DNA from: Sedimentisphaerales bacterium
GTDB taxonomy: Bacteria > Planctomycetota > Phycisphaerae > Sedimentisphaerales > SM23-30
NCBI GenBank assembly: GCA_963666285.1
Contig: OY762711.1
Length of the DNA: 64,000 nucleotides
Strand: one strand, 5' to 3'
A model generated the notes under the pieces. The model searched no databases, was not told where the DNA came from, and saw only the letters and a list, made by a program, of their open reading frames with translations. Shown here in pieces: positions 37,601-46,792 of the stretch; the stretch's first letter is position 1; every line of letters starts with the position of its first letter. The translations under genes and the position numbers were made by a program.

Positions 37601-38004
37601 TCTCCATGGAGGCCATCGGCGTAGCCACCGTCCATTGCCAGTGCGAGCTTGCGTCCATAAAAGCCCTGCCAGAGGCCGCTAACCATAAGATTGCCGTATC
37701 TTCCGTATGTGCCGACGCCGACGGTGTGTCCCATTTCGTGCATTGCTACGCGAGTGTTGCGTGATCCGCCGAAAGTTATGACACCATCGTAGTTGGCCTG
37801 GGCAGTCGGCACGCCGGAGTTGTAATAGACGGACAGATGTTTGTTGAAAGAGCCGTACTTATTGTATATCGGGACGGCTTCTTCGATAGATGCCCTGACA
37901 TCGCTGAGGGCGCTGGAGTCAAACCAGTAGGTGACATCTGAATAGGCAGATGATGAAACGGCAAATAAAAGAAACATAAATTTACAAACGCACTTTGAAT
38001 ACAT
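34636..38004 (-). CDS. Secreted multidomain protein: zincin (HEXXH), Ig, LamG x3, cadherin/He_PIG-like, dockerin-like
   Basis: Signal peptide; VAMHEMGH; YQWYKDG...DAGNYYC; WQRIFDFG...IDEFRI LamG units; GPTWLNV..GTLSGTP repeats. Confidence 0.82.
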   Translation of the reverse strand: MYSKCVCKFMFLLFAVSSSAYSDVTYWFDSSALSDVRASIEEAVPIYNKYGSFNKHLSVYYNSGVPTAQANYDGVITFGGSRNTRVAMHEMGHTVGVGTYGRYGNLMVSGLWQGFYGRKLALAMDGGYADGLHGDGTHIWPWGLNYDSEDTSYAERIKHVQIMAALRCDMGILAYSKEAEHQVAPLGGTAIFGVASPLADSYQWYKDGTALNNGTRISGANRSTLQITNVTAADAGNYYCIAADTHDNLTSRTRRLSIKGKTGWWHFDNNTDDTTGAFNGTAYGSPSYTTGKIDTAIDLDGSNDYVVLPAGVADTNDMSITAWVYWDGGNNWQRIFDFGSSSSNFMFLTPSNGSVMRFAIKNGGSEQRVDTSRLATGQWVHLAVTLRDDAATLYVNGKAVSSNGNVTINPAELLADRNYIGDSQFSADPLFNGRIDEFRIFNHALSGSQIWNLWGQNANNPPKFSSNLIDLPNARTNAAYSGQTLANFAADPEGNTISFSKISGPTWLNVASNGTLSGTPGSGTGGKNTFVVRATDSLGASDDIAIDIIVSEPANTYYRFEGSVNDNNGTNHGTPIGSPTYPTGILGQAIDLDGSNDYVTLPTDVINTEDFTIAAWVKWDGGGNWQRIFDFGNNTTEYMFLSPNADSGTLTFAISGSGDKSAEQKLQATGLTAGQWTHVAVTLTGNTGRLYVNGRLKDINTAMTIDPTDFNPTVNYIGKSQWSDPLFNGQIDDFRILDYALDDSQITVLSMPPSFTTDTISNLEAIELQPYTGTPLTEYVDSPLGTDTLTFSLDAGPNWLNVSDDGSLSGIPADSHAGTNTFTVRVANQVGFDTAQMTIRVTNVYSGQRGPDDLAALAAQWLLSDCSDTPACDGADLTGDSNVNIKDFAVQAHNWLADETLQLYLKFDHPGNNTITDSSIYNHTCQPVNGPTKTTAGYLLGSMTFDGTDDYIIVDNLPGIGSSNPRTFSAWIKADEDLTNTEKNIHSIISWGKAESARKWLLMLDNQTGQLALAIYAGRLIGGPDLEDGQWHHIAAVLPDTADNLNQVKLFVDGFEISTNAGSLDAIINTALTENIIIGAMDTDSTSGIQSAVFPFSGSIDELRLYNTAFSNSEIAELANIQ

Positions 38005-38654
38005 TGTCCGGTCCTTGATTAATCTTCGAACTTATCCCAAAAAATGATTGTCAGGTTTGATAGTGTTTTGAGGTAGGTTCTAATATCCAATTTCTCTTTG
38101 TCTTACTCCAATTCATGCAGGAAAAGCCAATTGCTCTATCCGGAAGCATTTCTGTATTATATCAGTTTTGAATAACAACAGTCCAATTCCGGAAATCAAA
38201 AGCACATGATTTTTTGAAATACTTAATTGATGGTTATTGCTGCAATTATGTTTTCCTGGCAGTATTTTCTATATAGTATTAGTATACCATTCTATTTGGC
38301 AATATAGCTGAATTTTCACTAAAAAATAATATATAAAGAGCTTAATTTGTGATAATTTAGGCAAATGTGCGCAAAAGTAAGATATTTCTGGTGTGTTTGA
38401 GAGATATATTAAGCTGACTAAGTTTTGAAAAATAGCAGCTTTATTGGATTGGGTTGAAGTTGGAAAGATTAGAAATATAGTTAATTGTATCGGTTATGGT
38501 GGATTTTCCGGCTTTCAGGTCAGAGAATATATTTGTTTTGTTCAATAATCTCCTGTTTCCTTCAGCTTATATAGTGCTTGACCTGAGATGGTTTACTGGT
38601 AAAATTTATTATCATAAGTAAGCAAAATGAAATAACATTGAAAAAGGGGATAAT

Positions 38655-39737
38655 ATGCGAACGAATACACAATCGGTTCTTTTCTGTTTGTTATTATCAA
38701 TTATAATTTTGGTTCGAGCGAGTGCATGTACGAGTTTTTGTATGGATACGCCTAGCGGTCCGATTTTTGGTAGTAATCTTGATTTGTTTATCCCGGCATA
38801 TGGAATAGTGGTTGTGAATCAGAAAGGTATGGTGAAAAAAAGCTTTTCAGATCAGAAGGGTACGACAGGTAAAGAGCTTGAGTGGGTTTCTAAGTATGGC
38901 AGTGTAACATTTAACCTTGCCGGGCGTGAATGGTGCTGGAGCGGGATGAATGAGGCCGGGCTTGTGTTGGGTGCGATGGAGCTGGTAGATTCAAAGTTTC
39001 CAGATAAGGATGAACGTCCGGGTTTGCCGATAGGAATGTGGGCCCAGTATATAATGGATACGTGCGGTACTGTGTCGGATGTAGCTAAGGTAAAGGATAA
39101 GGTGAGGATGGATGATCCTGCGACTCCGGCGCATTTTTTGATTGCTGATGCGAAGGGCGACTGTATTGCGATAGAGTGGATAGATGGCAAGATAGTGCAG
39201 TATATCGGCAAGACGATGGAAGTTAAGGCTATGGCAAATATGCGATATGGTCAGGGAGTAGAAGCATATAAAAGAGGCGGTCCAAAATGGTGGTGGTCTA
39301 ACCCTGGTCAGTCGGCAGAGCGGGTTGCCGGAGCAAAGCAGAGGTGTGATGGTTATGATGCCGGGAAGGAGCCGGATGCAATTAAGTACGCGTTTGGTAC
39401 GCTGGTGGATGTGGTAGCGGCCGGACATACCAAGTGGAGCATAGTGTATGATATTGCCAAGCGTGAGATATGGTATGGGACGGCGTACAGCAAGCCTGTA
39501 AAGCATATATCATTTAAGAACCTGGATTTTAAGTGCGGCGGGGATTTGATGGTGATAGATGTTAATATTCAGCAGGAAGGTGACGTAGAAAAATATTTTG
39601 GTCCTCTCAAACGTGAGGATAATTTGAATCTCTTAAAACATATATGTGTTAACTATGGAATTGATTTAACAGAAGAAGAGTATAATGATGTGGTAGATCA
39701 TCTCGAGAGTTTTGAATGTGAAGTGAAAGATAAATAA
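38655..39737 (+). CDS. Secreted linear amide C-N hydrolase (choloylglycine hydrolase/penicillin V acylase family)
   Basis: Signal peptide followed by nucleophile CTSF; WVSKYGSVTFN, GMNEAGL, HFLIAD and TKWSIVYD. Confidence 0.88.
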   Translation: MRTNTQSVLFCLLLSIIILVRASACTSFCMDTPSGPIFGSNLDLFIPAYGIVVVNQKGMVKKSFSDQKGTTGKELEWVSKYGSVTFNLAGREWCWSGMNEAGLVLGAMELVDSKFPDKDERPGLPIGMWAQYIMDTCGTVSDVAKVKDKVRMDDPATPAHFLIADAKGDCIAIEWIDGKIVQYIGKTMEVKAMANMRYGQGVEAYKRGGPKWWWSNPGQSAERVAGAKQRCDGYDAGKEPDAIKYAFGTLVDVVAAGHTKWSIVYDIAKREIWYGTAYSKPVKHISFKNLDFKCGGDLMVIDVNIQQEGDVEKYFGPLKREDNLNLLKHICVNYGIDLTEEEYNDVVDHLESFECEVKDK

Positions 39738-39768
39738 AATCAGGTAATATTGGAAAAAAGGATTAATA

Positions 39769-40560
39769 ATGAAGAAAGTTTTGTTGTTTGCGGTATTGTT
39801 TCTAAGTTTTATTTCTAACAGTCTTTTTGCTGAAGAAGGATTGCGTGTATTATTTATCGGAAACAGCTTTACCTTCCAGGGACCGATACCGGAGATCTTC
39901 CAGGCGATAGCAGTTGATGCCGGCAAGGCCAAGCCTGAGGTACGGCTGGAAGCAGTAGGAGGTAAGTCGCTGGGATTTCACAGTAATCGAAAAGAGACGT
40001 TACAAGCGATAGATGAAGGTAATTGGGATTTTGTTGTTTTACAGGAATACAGCACGAACCCAACGGATAATATAGGTAGTCCGGAAGAGTTTAAGTCAAA
40101 TGCTGTAAAACTTTATGACAGGATCAAGACAAGCAGCCCGGAGGCTAAGGTAGTAATGTATGAAACCTGGGCCCGGCATGAAAAGCATGATATTTATAAG
40201 AAATCGTTTAAGGACAGGACCGAGATGCAGAGCCAACTGATCAAGCATTATAGAGATTGTGCGGCAAAGTATATTCCGACCCATTGCAAGTCTACGGATA
40301 AGGCGGATGTGCTGCTGGCACCGGCAGGAGAGGCCTGGCAGGCGAACTATCTGGACAGGAATATTATGCTGCATGCCGATGAGTTGTATCATGCCGGGGA
40401 TGCCGGTAAATACCTGAACGGCCTGGTTATTTATGCTACTATATATAAGAGCAAGGTTAGTGGCTTGAAACCTCAGTTGAGTGTAAGTAAAGAAGATGCG
40501 GAATACCTGCAGAAAATTGTGGATAAACTGTGTAAAAGCGAGCTTACTAAAACTGACTGA
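39769..40560 (+). CDS. Secreted SGNH/GDSL-like hydrolase (DUF4886-like)
   Basis: RVLFIGNSFT, WDFVVLQEYS, YETWAR, PAGEAW and D...H near the C-terminus. Confidence 0.8.
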   Translation: MKKVLLFAVLFLSFISNSLFAEEGLRVLFIGNSFTFQGPIPEIFQAIAVDAGKAKPEVRLEAVGGKSLGFHSNRKETLQAIDEGNWDFVVLQEYSTNPTDNIGSPEEFKSNAVKLYDRIKTSSPEAKVVMYETWARHEKHDIYKKSFKDRTEMQSQLIKHYRDCAAKYIPTHCKSTDKADVLLAPAGEAWQANYLDRNIMLHADELYHAGDAGKYLNGLVIYATIYKSKVSGLKPQLSVSKEDAEYLQKIVDKLCKSELTKTD

Positions 40561-40764
40561 TGATTAGTCTCTTTATGTTGATGTAACATATTTTAAGATA
40601 ATCTGTTATGTATTAGTATAAACAGATTGCCGCTCTGCGGCTTTCAAGCTTTTAGGTCTAAGATGCGCCTTAGGCGAGTTCTTGTTCCCCTATCTCTTAT
40701 GCCTTTCAAATTTAGTGTCGGTAGTTTTGGAAATTTATTTTTTTCAAAAAAAACATTTTTATGC

Positions 40765-40796
40765 GGGAAAAAAACGGACAAAATTCATATGAATAT
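40765..40796 (+). promoter_or_regulatory. Conserved upstream motif copy 1 (possible ECF promoter)
   Basis: GGGAAAAAA...TTCATATG.ATAT; same spacing as at 43674. Confidence 0.5.
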
Positions 40797-41060
40797 ACAG
40801 GAAATACCGTTCTATCAGGTATTTTGTTGATATTTTTAGTCTGTGTTCGGTTCAGATACGAACTATGTAGTAATCTTTGTTTTTTAATATACTTAATTGC
40901 ATGAGGTTTCTATTCTGTTTTCTATTAGTCGTCATTGATTTGTATTAAATGTTAAGAACTTTTGTCTATGTTATTGATATTTTGTCCTATATAAGAATTT
41001 TCAAAGATGTTTAGTTGTATTTCTTGAACTATTTATTCATTTATTTTGGAGGTTATTAGA

Positions 41061-43403
41061 ATGAAAAAGGCAGTTTTATTCTTATTGGTATCAGCGATGG
41101 CTGCGATATGCCAGGCTGAGATGGTCGATGATTTTGATGGTTATGATATTAGTGTATCAACAAATGTGATTGATCTTGATACGCCCTGGGAAGCGAGAGA
41201 AAGTAGTGATCTGGTAGATATTATTGATGATGGTACCGGTAACCAGGTACTTTCATACGGTGGAGCCGGATTTCATAATCCTACCATAACGGAGATTCCG
41301 GACACATCAGTCGCCACCACTTTGTTCTATCGTTTTTATGTAAACAATGAAGACATCGATAATAGTTTTGGTTTAAGTGACTTGACTGATAACGGCTGGT
41401 TTTCTGATTTTGAAATTCAGATAGCAGTTATAAGAACCGGTACTACTGATGACGGAGTTGTTAATTTTCATGTACGAAACAGCGGCAGTGCAACTCAGGT
41501 TGCCACGATCAATGCAGGTCAGTGGTATAATGTCTGGGCAGTTATAGATCAGACAACAGATACCTATGATGTTTATCTTGGTCAAGGTATGCTGGCAGCT
41601 ACATCAGCAAACCTGGTAGCAGATAGTTTTAGCTTCCGAAATGGGACAGCAGATCCATTGGTAGCGGTCAAGGGCTTAGGTTATAATTCAGCTGATAGTT
41701 GTTTGTTTATTGATGATATATATATAATAGATGGTGCATATCTTGGATATGCTCCAACTAAGCCATATGATCCTGCAGTATCCATGGAATCAGTTGGTGG
41801 TCAGGTTGAGGCAACCTTGTCATGGAAGCCAACAGTTGACGATAGCGGCACATATGCAGTAGAACCTGATATTGCAGAAGAATACCTTTTCCTGGGAGAG
41901 TCAGTAGATGCCCAGTATTATATTGGTACACTGCCAGATCCCGGTACAGACGAGATAACAGTATCAGAAGTTGTTTCCGGTCTTGATTTTGACACAAAAT
42001 ATTACTGGACAGTAGTAGATGCAACTGTTGGAAATGAAGAAACATTTACAGTAGAAAGTACACTTGCTGATGCCGATCCTAACGTAAATATTTTTGGTCC
42101 AACCTGGTCATTTGATTCTTTGATTTCAAGTGCGGTTATTGATATCCAGCCGTCAGATACCCGTGTATTTGAAGGTGAGACAGCAGTGTTTACAGTTGAA
42201 TATAATACTGCAATTAATCCTGTTGTATCAGCCGATTGGTATAGAAATGGTGTAAAATTGTCAGAAGGCGATGGTATCACTATGGACTTTAGCTCAGCAG
42301 CAGGTGACGGGCAGGCAACATTAGCAATTGCAGGAGCATCGCTTGATGATGAAGCCAATTACTATTGTGTATTGAGTACGGATTCGTCGGTAATAACAGA
42401 CGATGTTCAAACTGCTACAAGGCTGCTGGTAATTAAGAAGCTACTGGCACAGTACAGTTTTGATAATTCTGAAGACCTGTTGGCAGATACAGGTGAATTT
42501 GCAGCCGAAGTCGGCACAGCCAGAGACGCAGCTCAGCTGAAGACAGTTTCACTTGACGATCCAAATGAAATGCTGGCAGTTGCAGCTACGCCGGTAGAAG
42601 TTGACGGTATTATCGGTGGTGCTTTGTATCTTGATGGTGACAAATATGTAGATATGGACTCTGAAAGTTATCCAAGGGCCGGTTCGCTGGATACCGTAGG
42701 CGATATTCGCGGTCTAGGATATGAGAAGCAGGGCTTTGGTCGTGGTATGGACGCAGGATCAATCCTGCTGTGGATCAAGCCAGAGTCAGATGGTTGTGTA
42801 ATAGCAAATGCAAGCAATACCGATGGAACTCATTTTGCCATAACAACAAACGGCAGTAATAGTGCCAGAATAATTGTACGCGGAGATAACTGGGGTAGTG
42901 ATTCCAGTTGGCAGAATCTAGGTGAAGCTAGTGGTGCTTATGACTATATGACAGATTTTGATATGCTGGCAGATGGAGAATGGCATATGTTCGCCGCCAC
43001 ATGGAAAGACAGCACAGCCCGAATTTATATTAACGGTGAACAGGTTGCAGAAAGCACCCAGGGTTATGCTGAAGATTATACAGCCTGGGACTATAGCAAT
43101 TTGATTGGCGTATCTCGTCAGGGCCAGCCAAATCGCCACCTGTTAAATGCCGGTGATTTCTTCACGGGTGCTGTTGACGAGTTAAGGATCTATAACTATG
43201 CTGTCTCGGCAGAGGTAATAGCTGATGAATACGAAATGCTGAACGAAGCAGGTGTAGTTCCTTGTATCGATCATGAATTTGTCGGCAATAATGCAAACCT
43301 TGATAATACGGTTAATTCTTATTGTGTAGTTGACCTGTTTGACTTAGCAGTACTGGCAAAGTATTGGCTGGTAGATGGTTTTGCAGTTGAAGATGTAGAA
43401 TAA
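41061..43403 (+). CDS. Secreted Ig + LamG-domain protein with dockerin-like tail (paralogue A)
   Basis: GGAGG RBS, signal peptide, WYRNG..DEANYYC, WHMFAATW..IYING..GAVDELRIY and CVVDLFDLAVLAKYWL. Confidence 0.82.
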   Translation: MKKAVLFLLVSAMAAICQAEMVDDFDGYDISVSTNVIDLDTPWEARESSDLVDIIDDGTGNQVLSYGGAGFHNPTITEIPDTSVATTLFYRFYVNNEDIDNSFGLSDLTDNGWFSDFEIQIAVIRTGTTDDGVVNFHVRNSGSATQVATINAGQWYNVWAVIDQTTDTYDVYLGQGMLAATSANLVADSFSFRNGTADPLVAVKGLGYNSADSCLFIDDIYIIDGAYLGYAPTKPYDPAVSMESVGGQVEATLSWKPTVDDSGTYAVEPDIAEEYLFLGESVDAQYYIGTLPDPGTDEITVSEVVSGLDFDTKYYWTVVDATVGNEETFTVESTLADADPNVNIFGPTWSFDSLISSAVIDIQPSDTRVFEGETAVFTVEYNTAINPVVSADWYRNGVKLSEGDGITMDFSSAAGDGQATLAIAGASLDDEANYYCVLSTDSSVITDDVQTATRLLVIKKLLAQYSFDNSEDLLADTGEFAAEVGTARDAAQLKTVSLDDPNEMLAVAATPVEVDGIIGGALYLDGDKYVDMDSESYPRAGSLDTVGDIRGLGYEKQGFGRGMDAGSILLWIKPESDGCVIANASNTDGTHFAITTNGSNSARIIVRGDNWGSDSSWQNLGEASGAYDYMTDFDMLADGEWHMFAATWKDSTARIYINGEQVAESTQGYAEDYTAWDYSNLIGVSRQGQPNRHLLNAGDFFTGAVDELRIYNYAVSAEVIADEYEMLNEAGVVPCIDHEFVGNNANLDNTVNSYCVVDLFDLAVLAKYWLVDGFAVEDVE

Positions 43404-43439
43404 TTATCCATTAGATAATTATCTAATTTACCTGAATTT

Positions 43440-43470
43440 AGCCGGGGCTCTTAAATGTGGCTCCGGCTTT
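43440..43470 (+). terminator. Intrinsic terminator
   Basis: AGCCGGGGC...GCTCCGGCTTTT after paralogue A. Confidence 0.7.
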
Positions 43471-43673
43471 ATATTTTGTGGGTAGGGGAAAGAGCCTAAG
43501 TTGGCAGGTTATCGGACCGCGAAAAGGGGTTACTAGAAATAATTATGTATTTATTGCATGGATAGTAATTTAACCATTTGTTGAATTATGTGGCAAGTGT
43601 GTATAATTTTTCGGGGAAAATTACGTAAAATCGAAGTTTTTATTATTTTTTTGATAAAAAAAATATTTTTTCA

Positions 43674-43705
43674 GGGAAAAAACCCTCTTCATTTCATATG
43701 TATAT
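43674..43705 (+). promoter_or_regulatory. Conserved upstream motif copy 2 (possible ECF promoter)
   Basis: GGGAAAAAA...TTCATATG.ATAT, 19 bp between element starts, as at 40765. Confidence 0.5.
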
Positions 43706-44277
43706 GTTAGGAGTTACTGGTATGCCAGATATTCAAGGCATAATTTAGCCTTGGCATATAATATCTTTTTGATTCGTATTTAAACCATAAGGACAGAAAG
43801 TACATTGTGGTTCAAATAAGAATCTGTAAGTCTTTGCTGCCTTTAGAGAGTAGAATTATAATTTAATTGATTTACTGAGAGAGAAAAGAAGAGAGCCTGC
43901 TATATTTTATCAAAGGAGCGAATTTATTTAACCGATTTTAAACTGTGGTTTTGTTTGATTAATTATAGGGCAGATTTTAGCCAACTGTTTAGGGCAGTAT
44001 AATTATTGATACCCAGGTTTAGTTTTTAAGAGAACAAAGCCGACAAAAGATATTGGCAGTTATATTGATATGTTGCGAAATATAAATTAGGGCTAAATAG
44101 CCGGCTTAAAGACAAGACAGGAGGCAGGTAGAACAGTAAAGAGAATAATTAAAACGGCTGACGTATTAGCGTTTGGCGATTCTGAAGAATTCTTTTTCTG
44201 CAAGTCCCTTTGATATATGACGATTTGAGTTATCTGAACTAATTATTTATTTATACAGTTTTCTGGAGGAATTAAGA

Positions 44278-46590
44278 ATGAAAAAAATAGTGTTAATGTT
44301 AACGCTTGCAGTATTGGCTTCAATGGTTCGAGCCGAATTGGTAGATGATTTTGATAGTTATGAGGCAGGGCTTGTTCGTGATGTTGCCAGTCCTCCATGG
44401 ACAGCAATAGCAAATACCGGCCTGGCAATGATCATTGATGACGGTACTGGTAACAAGGTTATAAGTGCCGGTTGGAACAGCGGCTGGCGTGGAGCATACA
44501 ATGATAATATTACCCCGGTAGCAGACGGAACAGATAATATGATGTTGTATTATTCTGTGTATGCTAACAGTGAAAGCCTAAACCATGTATTTGGCATGTC
44601 AGATGTAGAAGGTGCCAGCCTGGACTGGTTTGATGACTATGAAGTTCAGATTGGTCTGACAGATAACGGTACAGCAGGTGATGGTAAGCTGAATTTAAAC
44701 GTTCGCAATGCCGGTGGAAATATAACCACAGAGATCGATTTGCAGACCTGGTACAATGTCTGGGTTCTTATCGACCAGATAAATGATACTTATGATGTAT
44801 ATATAAGTACCAGTGATATTTATTCGGCTACCCTGGTTGCTGATAACGCTCAGTTTCGTAATGCTCAAGCCGGTGCAGTTGGCGACCTGACAGCCTTGCT
44901 GGTTTGCGGTTATAATGCCAGCGGTCAGCAGGATATGTGGATTGATAATGTTAAGCTTGAAGTTGTACCATGGCCGTATGATTCAATAGTTGATCAGACA
45001 GCTAATGGTGCTGCAGTAGATGTTACTTTGAAATGGAATCCGGCAAGAGATCCTGAGAAGGTAGAAGAAGTTAATCCAGATATTGTAGAAGAATATGTAT
45101 TTGTTGGAGCAGAAGGAGAAGCTCAGTATTATGTCGGCAGCTTGGGAGATCCCGGAATAACTCTGACAGAGTCAGTATTTGAATTGTCTTTGGACTATGA
45201 TACAACTTATAACTGGACAGTAGTTGACGCTCTGGACGGTTATGCCCAGACTTTGACAACGGCGAATACGCTTGATGATGCCGATCCAAATAATATAATA
45301 GGCCGCACCTGGACATTCGATACATTGCTTTCAAGTGCGGTAATAACAACACAACCTTCAGACGCACGAGCGTTTGAGACAGATGATTCTGTATCGTTTA
45401 CAGTTGGTTTCAATACCGTTGTTAATCCTGTGGTAGCAGCTGACTGGTATAAGGATGGCGAGAAACTGACAGTTGGCGGTGATGTCAGCGTTACATTCAC
45501 AAGTGAAGTTGGCGATGGTGAATCTACCCTTACAATAGCAACTCCGACAGCGGATGATGAAGGTCAGTATTATTGTGTTCTCAATACAGATTCAAATACA
45601 TCTGTGACATCTGACGATTCTCAATCTGCAACACGTCTTTTGACAATCAAGCGTCTGCTGGCAAAATACACATTTGATAATGAAAGTGATCCTCTAGCCG
45701 ATACAGGTGAATTTGCAGATGAAGTTGGTGTGGTTCGTGAAGCGGCCGAGCTAAAGACAGTATCGCTTGATGATCCTAATGAGGTTCTTGCAGTTTCTGC
45801 TACTCCTGTAGTTGTAGATGGTATTGTTGGAACAGCTCTTTATCTTGATGGTGATGAATATGTTGACCTTGATTCTGAAAGTTATCCAAAGGCCGGTCCG
45901 TTGAATACACTAGGTGATATTCGTGGTTCCGGTTATGAAAAACAGGGCTTTGGCCGTGGAATGGATGCCGGTTCTATCCTGTTGTGGATCAAGCCTGAAT
46001 CAGATGGCTGTGTAATTGGAAATGCAAGCAATTTGGATGGAACTCATATTGCTGTTACAACTAATGGTACTGACAGTGCCAGGGTGATAGTACGCGGTGA
46101 AAACTGGGATGGCGGCTGGCAGAATCTAGGTGAAGCCAATGGTGCATATAATTATATGACTGACTATTCGATGCAGGATGGAGAATGGCATCTGTTTGCA
46201 GCAACCTGGGACGAGAGTACCGCACGTATATATATTAATGGCGAGCTTGTTTCAGAAAACACGCAGGGTTATGCAGAAAACTATACAGCATGGGACTTTA
46301 GTAATTTGATTGGTGTTTCCCGTCAGGGGCAGCCAAACCGTCATCTATTGAATGCCGGCGATTTTGTTACAGGTGCTATTGATGAAGTGAGAATATATAA
46401 CTATCCGATTTCAGCGGCTGATATTGCAAGTGAGTATGAACTGCTGAATGAAGTAGGAGTTACACCTTGCTTGAATCACAACTTTGTTGGAAGTGAAGTA
46501 AACCTGGACAATACCGCATCTTCTTATTGTGTAGTTGATCTTGTTGACTTTGCATTACTTGCAGGCAACTGGTTGGCAAATGGTTTCTAA
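44278..46590 (+). CDS. Secreted Ig + LamG-domain protein with dockerin-like tail (paralogue B)
   Basis: Collinear with 41061-43403; long identical peptides (GYEKQGFGRGMDAGSILLWIKPESDGCVI, SNLIGVSRQGQPNRHLLNAGDF). Confidence 0.82.
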   Translation: MKKIVLMLTLAVLASMVRAELVDDFDSYEAGLVRDVASPPWTAIANTGLAMIIDDGTGNKVISAGWNSGWRGAYNDNITPVADGTDNMMLYYSVYANSESLNHVFGMSDVEGASLDWFDDYEVQIGLTDNGTAGDGKLNLNVRNAGGNITTEIDLQTWYNVWVLIDQINDTYDVYISTSDIYSATLVADNAQFRNAQAGAVGDLTALLVCGYNASGQQDMWIDNVKLEVVPWPYDSIVDQTANGAAVDVTLKWNPARDPEKVEEVNPDIVEEYVFVGAEGEAQYYVGSLGDPGITLTESVFELSLDYDTTYNWTVVDALDGYAQTLTTANTLDDADPNNIIGRTWTFDTLLSSAVITTQPSDARAFETDDSVSFTVGFNTVVNPVVAADWYKDGEKLTVGGDVSVTFTSEVGDGESTLTIATPTADDEGQYYCVLNTDSNTSVTSDDSQSATRLLTIKRLLAKYTFDNESDPLADTGEFADEVGVVREAAELKTVSLDDPNEVLAVSATPVVVDGIVGTALYLDGDEYVDLDSESYPKAGPLNTLGDIRGSGYEKQGFGRGMDAGSILLWIKPESDGCVIGNASNLDGTHIAVTTNGTDSARVIVRGENWDGGWQNLGEANGAYNYMTDYSMQDGEWHLFAATWDESTARIYINGELVSENTQGYAENYTAWDFSNLIGVSRQGQPNRHLLNAGDFVTGAIDEVRIYNYPISAADIASEYELLNEVGVTPCLNHNFVGSEVNLDNTASSYCVVDLVDFALLAGNWLANGF

Positions 46591-46627
46591 TTCAGGATTT
46601 CTATCATGAATCTTTTTAGCTAATAAT

Positions 46628-46663
46628 AAGCCGGGGCCTTTCGCGAGGCTCCGGCTTTTTTTT
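46628..46663 (+). terminator. Intrinsic terminator
   Basis: AAGCCGGGGCCT-TTCGCG-AGGCTCCGGCTT followed by long T-run. Confidence 0.85.
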
Positions 46664-46792
46664 GAAAGAGGTCTATAAGAGAGGACTTTCGCAGTTTTTC
46701 ATTCACAAGGTCCTGTTTTAATCTTTGTTTGTAATGTTGAACTGCCAAAAGTGTGATACCGCGCTAAGAGTGAAATAGTTGAGGTTTGTCGA

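Noticed and set aside
43470..44270. Long leader as a known riboswitch
   Set aside because: No recognisable c-di-GMP, TPP, cobalamin or SAM consensus by eye; needs an Rfam scan.
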